A stretch of 46,451 nucleotides of DNA from an uncultured Puniceicoccaceae bacterium (GTDB lineage: Bacteria > Verrucomicrobiota > Verrucomicrobiia > Opitutales > Oceanipulchritudinaceae). Below the pieces are notes generated by a model that saw nothing but the letters and a program-made list of their open reading frames with translations, was not told the DNA's origin and did not search any database. This document shows positions 29,917 through 40,684 of this stretch, one piece after another. A program made the translations under genes and the position numbers. The stretch is from positions 1-46,451 of the forward strand of contig CAWVVV010000008.1 of NCBI GenBank assembly GCA_963933835.1, read 5' to 3'. The first letter of the stretch is position 1, and each line of letters starts with the position of its first letter.

Positions 29917-30384
29917 TCAGTCGTGATTCGGGTGCTTTGAAGGGTAGTATTCTTCTAATACAGTAATGGCTCTTTTAAGAGCCTCGGCGTATTCAACGCT
30001 GGTATTCTGTTTTGCCTTCATCGCGGCGACAATCACTGCGTGGTGATCTACCAAGCGGGCTGCGTAGTCTTCTTGGTCTGCTTTGACGCGCTGAGTGAGG
30101 AAGTAGTTACTGATGCTCTCAATCACTGCCTGCGCGTGCGCCTCTTTGTTCGTCACCCAACGAACGAGCTGCTGAGCCGATTGTAGATCAGTTTTCCCAG
30201 AGAGTTCGTCGATCATGTGACAGGCTTTAATCACCGTATCGGCGTCGATAATGAGCGAGGCGACTTCGGCCGCGTCGGCGTATATGCCGCATGGAATCTG
30301 ACAGTGAGCACTCGCATTGGGCGCGATAGTAAGGCTAAGGGCCGTGAGCGTTAAGGTGGCGATTCGCTTGAGAAACGTTTTCAT
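29917..30384 (-). CDS. sodN: Nickel superoxide dismutase precursor
   Basis: Ni-hook HCQIPCGIY directly after a Sec-type signal ending ASA; RWVTNKEAHA and YFLTQRVK motifs. ATG at 30384. Confidence 0.92.
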   Translation of the reverse strand: MKTFLKRIATLTLTALSLTIAPNASAHCQIPCGIYADAAEVASLIIDADTVIKACHMIDELSGKTDLQSAQQLVRWVTNKEAHAQAVIESISNYFLTQRVKADQEDYAARLVDHHAVIVAAMKAKQNTSVEYAEALKRAITVLEEYYPSKHPNHD

Positions 30385-30541
30385 GAGCAACGAAGCTAGA
30401 TGCACCGATAGCCTTAAGCAATTCCTGAGAGGCTTTCTTCGCGCTCGATCTTTCAACGAAGCGAAGACTGATTCTTTGGCGGGAAGGAAGCCGCGCTTAT
30501 TTTCAGGTTGTTCGTAGGACTTAGCCTATTAGAGTGAGAGA

Positions 30542-31827
30542 ATGCACCGAATCACCCCGTTCATATTCTTGATTCCCACACTGCTCATCGCCGATCTCTC
30601 CTCTGAGATAGATAGGTTGTCTCAAGAGGTTGAAGCAAAGGTCATTGAGTGGAGGCACGACATCCACCAATACCCTGAGCTTTCCAACCAGGAGTTTAAA
30701 ACCGCGGCCAAGGTGGCAAAGCATTTAGAGGCACTTGGTTACGAAGTAGAAACAGGTGTGGCAGTGACTGGAGTCGTCGGTGTCCTCAAAGGAGGAAAGC
30801 CCGGCCCGGTCGTTGCATTGAGGGCCGATATGGACGCCTTGCCTGTCACCGAGCGAACAGGTCTGCCCTATGCATCCAAAGTAACAGCCGAATACAACGG
30901 CAAGGAAGTTGGGGTGATGCATGCCTGTGGGCATGATGCGCATGTCGCCATTGCGATGGGTGCAGCCGAGGTGCTGGCGAAGATGAAAGATGAGTTGCCC
31001 GGCACGGTTAAGATGATCTTTCAACCAGCAGAGGAAGGGGCATGGCCTGCTCCCGTCTGGGGCGCGAAACAGATGATTCAGGAAGGTGTGCTTAAGAATC
31101 CGGATGTAGATGCCATCTTTGGTCTGCACGTTAGACCCGGCGTCTTAGGTGGAATTTATGTTAAGCCAGGTCCGATTATGGCGAGTGCCGACTTCATCCG
31201 CATCACGGTTAAGGGTAAACAAACTCATGCCTCGCGGCCGTGGAGTGGCATCGATCCGATCACCGTGTCTTCTCAAATAATCCTTGGACTGCAGACGATC
31301 GCATCGCGCCAGATTGATATATCAGGGGCGCCTTCAGTCATTTCAATCGGAACGATCGAAGGGGGAGATCGGAACAACATCATCCCCGACGAAGTTGTAA
31401 TGACTGGAACGATACGCACCTATGATCCCGTGGTGCGCCAATCCTACCACGATCTAAGCGAACTGCTGAAAAGATTGCTGAAAGTGCAGGAGCCACAGCA
31501 GAGGTCTACATTGGAGTGGACACTGGATACGGCCCAACCGTAAACGATGATAAGCTAACTAATGCGATGACACCTACGCTTCAAAATGTCGTTGGAGAAG
31601 ACTTGGTATTCGTAAGTGAACTAAGCACCGGTGCCGAAGACTTTTCATTCTTCCAAAAAGAAATACCGGGGATGTTCTTCTTTCTAGGAGTCACTCCGCC
31701 CGATCAGCTCAACGCAGATGTTCCTGTGAATCATTCCCCCTTATTCATGGTCGACGACCGAGCTATGCTCAGTGGTGTGCGAGCGATGTCACGCCTAGCG
31801 GTGGATTATATGCTGCAGAACCAGTAA
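30542..31827 (+). pseudogene. Frameshifted M20D-family amidohydrolase with signal peptide
   Basis: HQYPELS, LRADMDALP, MHACGHD and FQPAEEG motifs. At ~31454-31456 the frame shifts to KRTAEKIAESAGATAEV...GAEDFSFF...NHSP (ORF 31516-31827). Confidence 0.85.
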
Positions 31828-31831
31828 GTTG

Positions 31832-33415
<1,584 letters not shown>

Positions 33416-33492
33416 AAATGTGGCTTAAGAGCGACGGAGAATGCTTTGCTCGGCAAGTGTTTCCAGTGAGAGGCGAGCACGTATTAAAAATG

Positions 33493-33638
33493 ACTCACTG
33501 CAGAGGGGACGCTGGAGGTATGGCCATTGGTGGCTCTCGCCGTTTCTTGGCTACGTCACTCATCTGATGATGGCCCCATAGGGCCCTTAACTTCAGGACG
33601 ATGTTAACCCCCATGCCGAAGCGACCCCTGCCTCAAGT
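33493..33638. ncRNA. Candidate structured RNA/DNA element of unknown class
   Basis: Ends are complementary (minus strand ACUUG-AG-GCAG-GGG-U-CGC...GCG-U-CCC-CU-CUGC-AG-UGAGU) and enclose several short hairpins. No ORF-track call covers it. Folded by eye only. Confidence 0.4.
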
Positions 33639-33693
33639 AGGACAGCCCGCTTACCTAATGTTTATACTCAGATTGGTTAGGTCGAGTAATTGA

Positions 33694-34344
33694 CTAAACC
33701 TCAGTTGCGTCTTGATCAGTCGATTCTTGAAATATGCCGAGCCTCCAAACCGCTCGCCACCAAATGTCACGTATTGAAATTCGAAAAATTGCTCTTAAAG
33801 TAGAACTTATTCCTAGTGGAAGACGTTCTGGCTGGGCAATTCCTAGGCCGATGTCTTTCAAGGATTCGATTTCGATAAAGGGTAGGTCGAGTGGTGATTG
33901 CCCTGGGATCCAAGTATAAGTTTGGCCCGATGGGTGAATAGAAGGCGGAACGGCAATGTAACCATCTGTCTTAATATCACCGATGATTTTTCCGTCTCGG
34001 GTCAATTTACCAGTTCGGAGCGAGCGGTCCTTAATGATGAGATGAATGTGGCAACCTCGATAGGTCTGAGTGACAGGGGTATGGTCCGCAATCTCTGGGT
34101 GCTCGTTTCGAAAGACTTGCAACGAATCGTTTTCGTCGAAGTCCAAAATGGCGTATCCGGGTTTGTATAGGGTGATACCTAGATTGCTCCCTTCATAGAT
34201 ACACCGTTCGATTTGATCAGCGCTCAGTTTGCATTTTCGAAAGGAAAGAAGGGCTGAAAGTAAGCCAGCTCGGGTACCTAAGAGCCTACGGATGAGCCAG
34301 AAATCTACCCGCTTCGATCTTTTGACAAGTGGTATGCAATCCAT
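33694..34344 (-). CDS. Stand-alone bifunctional DNA primase/polymerase (Prim-Pol, AEP superfamily) domain protein; frame open upstream to 34479
   Basis: NLGI...ILDFD (DxD), QTYRGCHIHL (catalytic His motif) and GDIKTDGYIAVPPSIHPSGQTYTW. No helicase domain. Confidence 0.82.
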   Translation of the reverse strand: MDCIPLVKRSKRVDFWLIRRLLGTRAGLLSALLSFRKCKLSADQIERCIYEGSNLGITLYKPGYAILDFDENDSLQVFRNEHPEIADHTPVTQTYRGCHIHLIIKDRSLRTGKLTRDGKIIGDIKTDGYIAVPPSIHPSGQTYTWIPGQSPLDLPFIEIESLKDIGLGIAQPERLPLGISSTLRAIFRISIRDIWWRAVWRLGIFQESTDQDATEV

Positions 34345-34592
34345 CTGGGCGTCTTCGTAGAATGACGCCCATTCGTTTGGACCCCATTCCTCTGGAGTTA
34401 TTTCCTCCGGAGTCCTTTCTAGATGAGGCAGTAAGGTCGTTGTATGCGGGTGATTGATATTGGGTAGGCCTTTGGATGTTCAATCTTGGTACGGTGTTTA
34501 GGTATTTCTACCTTATAGAAATATCGGCCAAAGCGAAGCATCCTTAAGAGCCAGGGGATCATGCTCTATTGATAGAGCCATGATGAAGGCAT

Positions 34593-34630
34593 AAAAAAAC
34601 CGGAGCGACTCTATAGAAGAGTCACTCCGG
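34593..34630 (-). terminator. Rho-independent terminator of the suf operon
   Basis: Minus strand CCGGAGTGACTCT-tctat-AGAGTCGCTCCGG followed by TTTTTTT, ~30 bp after the sufD stop. Confidence 0.88.
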
Positions 34631-34662
34631 CTGAAAGTTGAGACACCGTCTATCAAATGTAA

Positions 34663-35985
34663 CTACCGGAATTTCTGCTGCACGAGCTCACGGATGTAGT
34701 CACGCAGGTCTTCAATTTTGAACTTCTCAATGATTTCTTCGAAGAATCCGAAAACGAGGAGCTCTTCGGCTTTCTTGCGCGGGATGCCGCGGGCGAGGAA
34801 ATAGAAGATATTTGAATCATCGATCTGGCCCGAGGTGGCTCCATGGGAGCACTTAACATCGTTGGCATTGATTTCGAGACCGGGGAGCGAATTTGCTTCA
34901 ACCTTTTCACTGAGAAGAAGGTTGTTGTTCGTTTGGTAGGCGTCGGTTTGCTGGGCCTCTTCTTCGACAATGATTAGGCCACTGAAGATTGTTTTGGCGG
35001 AATCTTGGAGCACGTTCTTGTAGAGCAGATTGGAACGGCTATTGGGCGCGATGTGCGTCTGAAGAGTGCGCTGATCGAAGAATTGATCTTTGGTCGGAAC
35101 GTTCAGCGAGTAGAGGTTTACGTCTGACCCCGATCCAAAGATTTCCCCGTGGACTTCTTGGCGGGCCTGTTTTGAGCCAATGTTGATCAGGATGCCACGG
35201 CTCTCAACGTCACGCTCGGCGTTGTGCGTATTGAGCTGAAAACTGAGCGTGTTTGTATTCCAATTTTGGATAATGTCGTGCCGTGGCTTGGCTCCATTTT
35301 CGGCGAAAACGTGGGCGTTTGCGATGACAAGATTCTCCGTCTCAGGCGAAGCACTTTCTTGGAATTCAACGAGGGTAGCCTTGGCGTTCTCGTCACAGAT
35401 GAAGTGGGTGTGGGGAAAGATAGCGCTTCCGCTTGCTTGACTCCAATTCGCAACGACAAATGGGCGATCAATTTCCAGCCCCTTCGGAATATAGACGAAG
35501 AGCCCATTGCGCAGGAGAGCGAGGTGCAGGGCTTCAAACTTTTCTGAGCCGAGCCGTGGAGACTGGCGCATGAAGTATTTTTTCACCAGTGCTTCATGCT
35601 GATTGAGCGCATCGAAAAGGGTCGTGAAAACGACGCCTTGTTTCTCTAGCTCAGGATCGAGGTAGCGCGGAGCAGCAAGGTTGTCGTCAATGAAAACGAA
35701 GCGTCCAGCGACATTCTTCAAACGATTGGACTTCTCTACGATCTCTTCGTTTTCAACTGCCGCGAAAGGACTAGGCTCAAAGCGATCAAGGTCTGCGAGA
35801 CTCTTGAGGTTCGAGAATCGCCAGTTTTTGCTCGTGCGGTTTGGCGTGGGGAGCTGCTTGTAGCGCTCCCATGCTTCGGCCTGCATGGTTTGGAACCACT
35901 CAGGCAGGAGTTCGTTCTGGGCTTGGCGCATAAGAAAGGCTTCGTCGAAATTAGACGGTGCGTCGGAAATGAGTGTATTTGACAT
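34663..35985 (-). CDS. sufD: Fe-S cluster assembly protein SufD
   Basis: WRFSNL, QQTDAYQTNNNLLLS, PGLEINANDVKCSHGAT and FYFLARGI motifs. Confidence 0.93.
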   Translation of the reverse strand: MSNTLISDAPSNFDEAFLMRQAQNELLPEWFQTMQAEAWERYKQLPTPNRTSKNWRFSNLKSLADLDRFEPSPFAAVENEEIVEKSNRLKNVAGRFVFIDDNLAAPRYLDPELEKQGVVFTTLFDALNQHEALVKKYFMRQSPRLGSEKFEALHLALLRNGLFVYIPKGLEIDRPFVVANWSQASGSAIFPHTHFICDENAKATLVEFQESASPETENLVIANAHVFAENGAKPRHDIIQNWNTNTLSFQLNTHNAERDVESRGILINIGSKQARQEVHGEIFGSGSDVNLYSLNVPTKDQFFDQRTLQTHIAPNSRSNLLYKNVLQDSAKTIFSGLIIVEEEAQQTDAYQTNNNLLLSEKVEANSLPGLEINANDVKCSHGATSGQIDDSNIFYFLARGIPRKKAEELLVFGFFEEIIEKFKIEDLRDYIRELVQQKFR

Positions 35986-36004
35986 GTGGATACGTGATCA
36001 GGGA

Positions 36005-37414
36005 TTAACCTACTGAGTCTTCCATCTCTAGATCGATGAGTCGTTTCAGCTCGACGGAATACTCCATCGGGAATTCTCGGATGAGGTCGTTGACAAAACC
36101 GTTAACTGCTAAGCTCATCGCTTCGCCTTCACTCAGTCCTCGTTGCATCATATAGAAGATTTGTTCGGCACTGACTTTTGAAACCGACGCTTCATGTTGG
36201 GTGGTGTTGCCTAAGCCGCGAACGGTGATCGCTGGGTAGGTGTCTGTGCGACTGTGAGAGTTGATCAGCAAAGCATCACACTCAGTGTTGTTCTTACAAT
36301 TTTTGAGATGCTTTGGCATACTCACGACACCACGGTAGGTTGAACGACCTTTCCCGATCGAGATCGACTTAGAGATGATGTTCGAAGTGGTGTTGTCGGC
36401 GGCGTGGACCATCTTGGCGCCGGTGTCTTGGTGCTGGTTGTCGTGAGCTAGGGCAATAGACAGCACTTCTCCGCGAGCACCTTCACCCCGCATCACGACT
36501 CCAGGATACTTCATCGTAAGGCGGCTGCCGATGTTGCAGTCGATCCAACGGACTTCAGCATCTTCCATCGCGAGGCCACGCTTGGTGACTAGATTGAATA
36601 CGTTCGCAGACCAGTTCTGAACGGTGATGTATTGAATCTTCGCGCCCTTCAGCGCGACGAGCTCAACAACCGCACTGTGAAGTGTGGCGGTCTCAAATTT
36701 CGGTGCGGTGCAGCCTTCCATATAGGTCAGCTCAGCACCCTCGTCGGCAATGATGAGGGTGCGCTCAAACTGACCGAAATTCTCCGCATTGATACGGAAG
36801 TAGGCTTGCAAGGGTTGCTTTAGCTTTACGCCTTTTGGAACGTAGATGAAAGAGCCGCCGGAAAACGTAGCGCTGTTGAGAGCGGAGTATTTATTGTCCC
36901 CAATAGGGATGACCTTACCGAACCACTTGCGGAAGATCTCTTCGTGCTCGCCGAGCCCTTCGGTGGGTCCGACGAAGATGACACCTTCTTTTGATAGCTC
37001 TTCCTTCATGTTCGAATAGCTAGCTTCGCTATCGAACTGAGCTTCGACGCCAGCGAGATAGGCGCGTTCTTTTTCTGGAATTCCGAGGCGTTCGAAAGTC
37101 CTCTTCACATCTTCAGGAACTTCGTCCCATGAGCGCGTCGCTTTTTGTCCCGTCGCGAGGTAGTAGCGAATCTCGTCAAAATTAATCGCTTCGAGATCTT
37201 TAGATGCCCAGTGAGTGGGTTGTGGTTTGTCTTTGAAGACTTTGAGCGCGCGTTTGCGAAAGTCTCTGATCCAGTCGGCTTCGCCTTTCACATCGCAAAT
37301 ATAGTCGATGGTCTCTTCGGTGAGGCCGATGCCAGCGTCATACTTGTAATTGACGTCGTAGGAAAAGTCGCCGGTTTCGTCGCGGCTGAGGTCGATGTCT
37401 GGTGTGGTTGCCAT
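36005..37414 (-). CDS. sufB: Fe-S cluster assembly protein SufB
   Basis: [35 protein letters not shown] and HEASVSK motifs. Confidence 0.96.
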   Translation of the reverse strand: MATTPDIDLSRDETGDFSYDVNYKYDAGIGLTEETIDYICDVKGEADWIRDFRKRALKVFKDKPQPTHWASKDLEAINFDEIRYYLATGQKATRSWDEVPEDVKRTFERLGIPEKERAYLAGVEAQFDSEASYSNMKEELSKEGVIFVGPTEGLGEHEEIFRKWFGKVIPIGDNKYSALNSATFSGGSFIYVPKGVKLKQPLQAYFRINAENFGQFERTLIIADEGAELTYMEGCTAPKFETATLHSAVVELVALKGAKIQYITVQNWSANVFNLVTKRGLAMEDAEVRWIDCNIGSRLTMKYPGVVMRGEGARGEVLSIALAHDNQHQDTGAKMVHAADNTTSNIISKSISIGKGRSTYRGVVSMPKHLKNCKNNTECDALLINSHSRTDTYPAITVRGLGNTTQHEASVSKVSAEQIFYMMQRGLSEGEAMSLAVNGFVNDLIREFPMEYSVELKRLIDLEMEDSVG

Positions 37415-37441
37415 GGGAGGTGTGCCTGTATTAGTTGGTTA

Positions 37442-38203
37442 CTACGCTACGGGTGCAGCGAGTTCTTCTTTGATCCAGTCGTAGCCTTTGGACTCGAGTT
37501 CGATGGCTAGCTCTGGACCACCGGTCTTGACGATGCGTCCATCATACATGACGTGCACCTTGTCGGGCGCGATGTAGTCGAGAAGACGCTGGTAGTGCGT
37601 AATGAGGAGCATGCCAGTGTCCTTGCCGCGCATCGCGTTGACGCCTTCGGCGACAACTTTCAAAGCATCGATATCGAGTCCGGAGTCGGTCTCGTCGAGG
37701 ACGGCGTAGCTAGGCTTGAGCATCGCCATTTGGAGGATTTCGCAGCGTTTCTTTTCTCCACCAGAGAAACCGTCGTTCACCGAACGGCTAGTGAACTCGC
37801 GAGGGATCTTGAGCGCGTCCATCTGGGTGTAGAGATCTTTGTAGTAGGCCGGTGCGTTGATGCTTTGGCCTTCTTCTAGGCGTGAGCTGAGCGCCGCCCG
37901 GATAAAATTAGCGATGCTCACCCCAGAGATTTCGCTCGGATATTGAAAGGCGAGAAAGAGTCCAGCGCGGGAGATTTCGTCAGGCGCCATTCCGACAATG
38001 TTTTGTCCGTCGAGGTGGACTTCTCCGCTTGAGATTTCGTAATCCTCGTGCCCAGCTAAAGCCTTCGCGAGCGTGCTCTTTCCGGTGCCGTTGGGCCCCA
38101 TGATCGCGTGAACTTCACCTTTTGGTAATGTTAGCGTGAAGTTTTTGAGGATTTCTTTTTCGCCGATGGCGACGTTGATGTTTTTGATTTCGAGGGTGCT
38201 CAT
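37442..38203 (-). CDS. sufC: Fe-S cluster assembly ATPase SufC
   Basis: [38 protein letters not shown] and ITHYQRLL motifs. Confidence 0.96.
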   Translation of the reverse strand: MSTLEIKNINVAIGEKEILKNFTLTLPKGEVHAIMGPNGTGKSTLAKALAGHEDYEISSGEVHLDGQNIVGMAPDEISRAGLFLAFQYPSEISGVSIANFIRAALSSRLEEGQSINAPAYYKDLYTQMDALKIPREFTSRSVNDGFSGGEKKRCEILQMAMLKPSYAVLDETDSGLDIDALKVVAEGVNAMRGKDTGMLLITHYQRLLDYIAPDKVHVMYDGRIVKTGGPELAIELESKGYDWIKEELAAPVA

Positions 38204-38227
38204 GTGCAAATAAAAGTGGTCAGTGAG

Positions 38228-38677
38228 TTATTCTTTGGTGAGGGAAATGGGTGATTTGATCGAACGGCCATGGAAGAAGAGCTCGACGAGGTCGGCTTCG
38301 TAGCCTTCGGGCAAAACATCTTTGAGTTTGTCGAGGATTTCCGGGGCGAGATCGATGTCGTAGACACGGCCGGATTCCTGATCGCGAAAGTGGGCATGCG
38401 GGAGAAGATTCGGGCAGTAGCGGGTGGGCTCGCGCTCATAGTTCACCGCGCGAACTAGGCCACAGGTCACCAACGTCTCGAGACAGTTGTAAACGGTTGC
38501 GAGGGAGATCGTGGGCATATGCTCCCGCGACCGGGCATAGACATCGTCGGCTGAAGGGTGGTCACGCTTGTTTAGGAGGACGTGAAAGACGTGTTCGCGT
38601 TGCTTGGTTGAGCGCAGGCCGTGCTTTCCGAGGGCGTCGTCGAGGGCTTCTCTTGCGATGTCAGGCAGTGTGCTCAT
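38228..38677 (-). CDS. Fur-family transcriptional regulator (PerR/Irr-like, no CxxC motifs)
   Basis: [25 protein letters not shown] and HAHF motifs. ATG at 38677. Confidence 0.9.
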   Translation of the reverse strand: MSTLPDIAREALDDALGKHGLRSTKQREHVFHVLLNKRDHPSADDVYARSREHMPTISLATVYNCLETLVTCGLVRAVNYEREPTRYCPNLLPHAHFRDQESGRVYDIDLAPEILDKLKDVLPEGYEADLVELFFHGRSIKSPISLTKE

Positions 38678-38685
38678 GAAATAAA

Positions 38686-38716
38686 TGTATTGGTAATTAG
38701 AATAATTACAAATACA
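38686..38716. promoter_or_regulatory. AT-rich palindromic operator (Fur/PerR-box-like)
   Basis: TGTATT-g-GTAATTA-gaa-TAATTAC-a-AATACA. Includes TTAGAAT-A-ATTACAA (38697-38711), a 7-1-7 Per-box-like site, just upstream of the fur-like ATG. Confidence 0.65.
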
Positions 38717-38793
38717 AATAGCAAGTAGCGGGTGCGGATTGGGCAACTGTTTTCCGCAAAAAAGTTTAGAACCGTTGCTGAGGGCCGCGCAGT

Positions 38794-39675
38794 CTAGTGT
38801 TTTCGCTCTAGGAGCCGCTTAAACAGTGCTTCTAGGAAGCCGGTGTCGGCCTCGATCGAGCGAAGAGCCTTGAGTGCTTCGTCGGTGAGGCGGGCGGCGG
38901 TTGCTCGGGACGCTTCGAGGCCGTGGAAGGCCACGTAGGTGTTCTTTGCATTGGCTGCGTCTGCGCGAACGGTTTTGCCCATGTCTTCGGTGCTGGCCGT
39001 GACATCGAGGATGTCGTCGAGGATTTGGAAAGCGAGACCGAGGGAGCGGGCTGCGGTGGTCATCGTATCGAACGCGCTCGCGGGTGTTTCACTGCAGTGC
39101 AGTCCCATGCGGCAACTTGCTTCAATTAAAGCGGCGGTCTTGTTGAGATGGATGAAGTCGAGATCTTCGGCGCTGATTTCCGTGTTCTCAGCGGCGGTAT
39201 CCTCGGTTTGCCCGCCGATGAGTTGTTGGCTGCCTGAGGCACTACCGAGCTCATGGACGAGTTTTAGCCCGATTTGTGGGTTCTCGCCGTAGCTGCGGGC
39301 GAGGAGGGCGAAGGCTTCGGTAAGGAGGGCATCGCCGGCGAGGATACCCGTAACTTCGTCATAGGCTTTGTGCACTGTCGCCCGGCCGCGGCGCAAATCG
39401 CTATCGTCCATCGCCGGGAGGTCATCGTGAATGAGAGTGTAGGTGTGCAGGAGCTCGACGGAAAGGGCTGCTGGAAGGGGGTCAACGAGGCGGGGAAAGA
39501 GTTGGGCGCAAGCGATTGTCATGATCGGGCGCAGGCGTTTCCCTCCAGCAAGGAGACTGTAGTGCATCGCCTCGTGTAAGCGCTGGGGCCGGGTGTTCGG
39601 TGAGGGTAGAGCAGCGGGAAGGGAGGCTTCGACCAGCTCGCGCATTTTTTTCAGGGTGGGCACAAAATCCGTCAT
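38794..39675 (-). CDS. ispA: Short-chain polyprenyl diphosphate synthase (IspA-like)
   Basis: [35 protein letters not shown] and FQILDDILD motifs. ATG at 39675. Confidence 0.88.
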   Translation of the reverse strand: MTDFVPTLKKMRELVEASLPAALPSPNTRPQRLHEAMHYSLLAGGKRLRPIMTIACAQLFPRLVDPLPAALSVELLHTYTLIHDDLPAMDDSDLRRGRATVHKAYDEVTGILAGDALLTEAFALLARSYGENPQIGLKLVHELGSASGSQQLIGGQTEDTAAENTEISAEDLDFIHLNKTAALIEASCRMGLHCSETPASAFDTMTTAARSLGLAFQILDDILDVTASTEDMGKTVRADAANAKNTYVAFHGLEASRATAARLTDEALKALRSIEADTGFLEALFKRLLERKH

Positions 39676-39710
39676 TGTATCTGTGCTTGGGGATAGCATC
39701 CTGTTGAGCA

Positions 39711-40319
39711 ATGCCAAGGATTGAAGAGCTGAGCCGCCGAATATGGGAAGATACGGATTTTCGTTCGAAGTGGTTAATCGGTGGGTTGCTATCGACCATT
39801 CCGCTTTTGAACATCATCGTACTAGGTTACTTTCTGCGCTATGCGCGGCAACTGAGGCAGGGTGGTGATCTCACCCTTCCAGCTTGGGATAACTGGGAAG
39901 AGCTGCTGATGGATTGTCTGCGTATGTTCATCCTCAAATTGGTCTTCCTCGGGATCCCTTTCCTCATCAGCCTTGGGATTTCTTGGATGCTTCAGAGCGT
40001 GTTAGGGATCTTCTCCGGCTTAACTTTTATCCCGGTCGGTTGGCTCTTTCTTCCCCTTGGAATAGCCGCTGGCTTGATCTTCTGGATGGCGGCCCTGATG
40101 CGCTATCTTCCAGGGCAGGATTGGGCGCGTGTCTTTGATTTTGCTGCTGTTTGGCGCGTTTCAAAGCGTTTGGCTCCGAAGTTAGCAGTTCCGGTTTTGA
40201 TCTTTATCGGTCTTGTGACGGTTGGAGCTCCGCTTGCGGGTTTTGCCTTCTTTTTGGGTTTTGGTCCTTTTGTAGCCTTTTCGACCGCTGCCTATCTCGA
40301 CGGAACGAGAGTGGCCTAA
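39711..40319 (+). CDS. DUF4013-like membrane protein
   Basis: KWLIGGLL..IP...VLGY...LPAWDNW pattern with multiple TM helices. Confidence 0.75.
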   Translation: MPRIEELSRRIWEDTDFRSKWLIGGLLSTIPLLNIIVLGYFLRYARQLRQGGDLTLPAWDNWEELLMDCLRMFILKLVFLGIPFLISLGISWMLQSVLGIFSGLTFIPVGWLFLPLGIAAGLIFWMAALMRYLPGQDWARVFDFAAVWRVSKRLAPKLAVPVLIFIGLVTVGAPLAGFAFFLGFGPFVAFSTAAYLDGTRVA

Positions 40320-40340
40320 ATACTTTATCAGATTACAACC

Positions 40341-40667
40341 ATGCCAACCTACGATTATCAATGTACCGCATGTGGTGGTGAATTCGAGGCTTTCCAATCG
40401 ATGAAAGATCCTCACCTAACGGATTGTCAGCTCTGCGCCGCCGCCGGTTCGGTGAAGCGAATGATCGGGGCGGGGGCCGGAATCATTTTTAAGGGTTCCG
40501 GTTTTTACGAAACTGATTTCAAAGAGAAAAAGGGCGAAAAACCGGGGAGCGCCGAGAAACCTAAGGCGGAGAATTCTTCGCCGAAGGCAGATGCTCCAGC
40601 TGTGGAAGCAAAGACGAGTAAAAAAAAGGAGGCTAAAGCTTCCGCCTCGACGAAAAGCACCGAATAG
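40341..40667 (+). CDS. FmdB-family zinc-ribbon protein
   Basis: MPTYDYQCTACG...CQLC...IIFKGSGFYETD followed by a low-complexity tail. Confidence 0.9.
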   Translation: MPTYDYQCTACGGEFEAFQSMKDPHLTDCQLCAAAGSVKRMIGAGAGIIFKGSGFYETDFKEKKGEKPGSAEKPKAENSSPKADAPAVEAKTSKKKEAKASASTKSTE

Positions 40668-40684
40668 GCATCCTGCTAACGAAG

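Noticed and set aside
33564..33607. CTGATGA followed by a stem, resembling a hammerhead ribozyme core
   Set aside because: Stem II is followed by CTTAAC instead of GAAA, and no stem I partner follows the would-be cleavage site.
33611..33622. Minus-strand GCTTCGGCATGG matching the engineered HDV ribozyme P4
   Set aside because: Only a 12-nt match; the P1/P3/L3 pseudoknot elements are not found.
38765..38781. TTTAGAA-CCG-TTGCTGA resembling an Irr ICE box
   Set aside because: Only one half-site matches; the closer palindrome at 38686-38716 is the better operator candidate.
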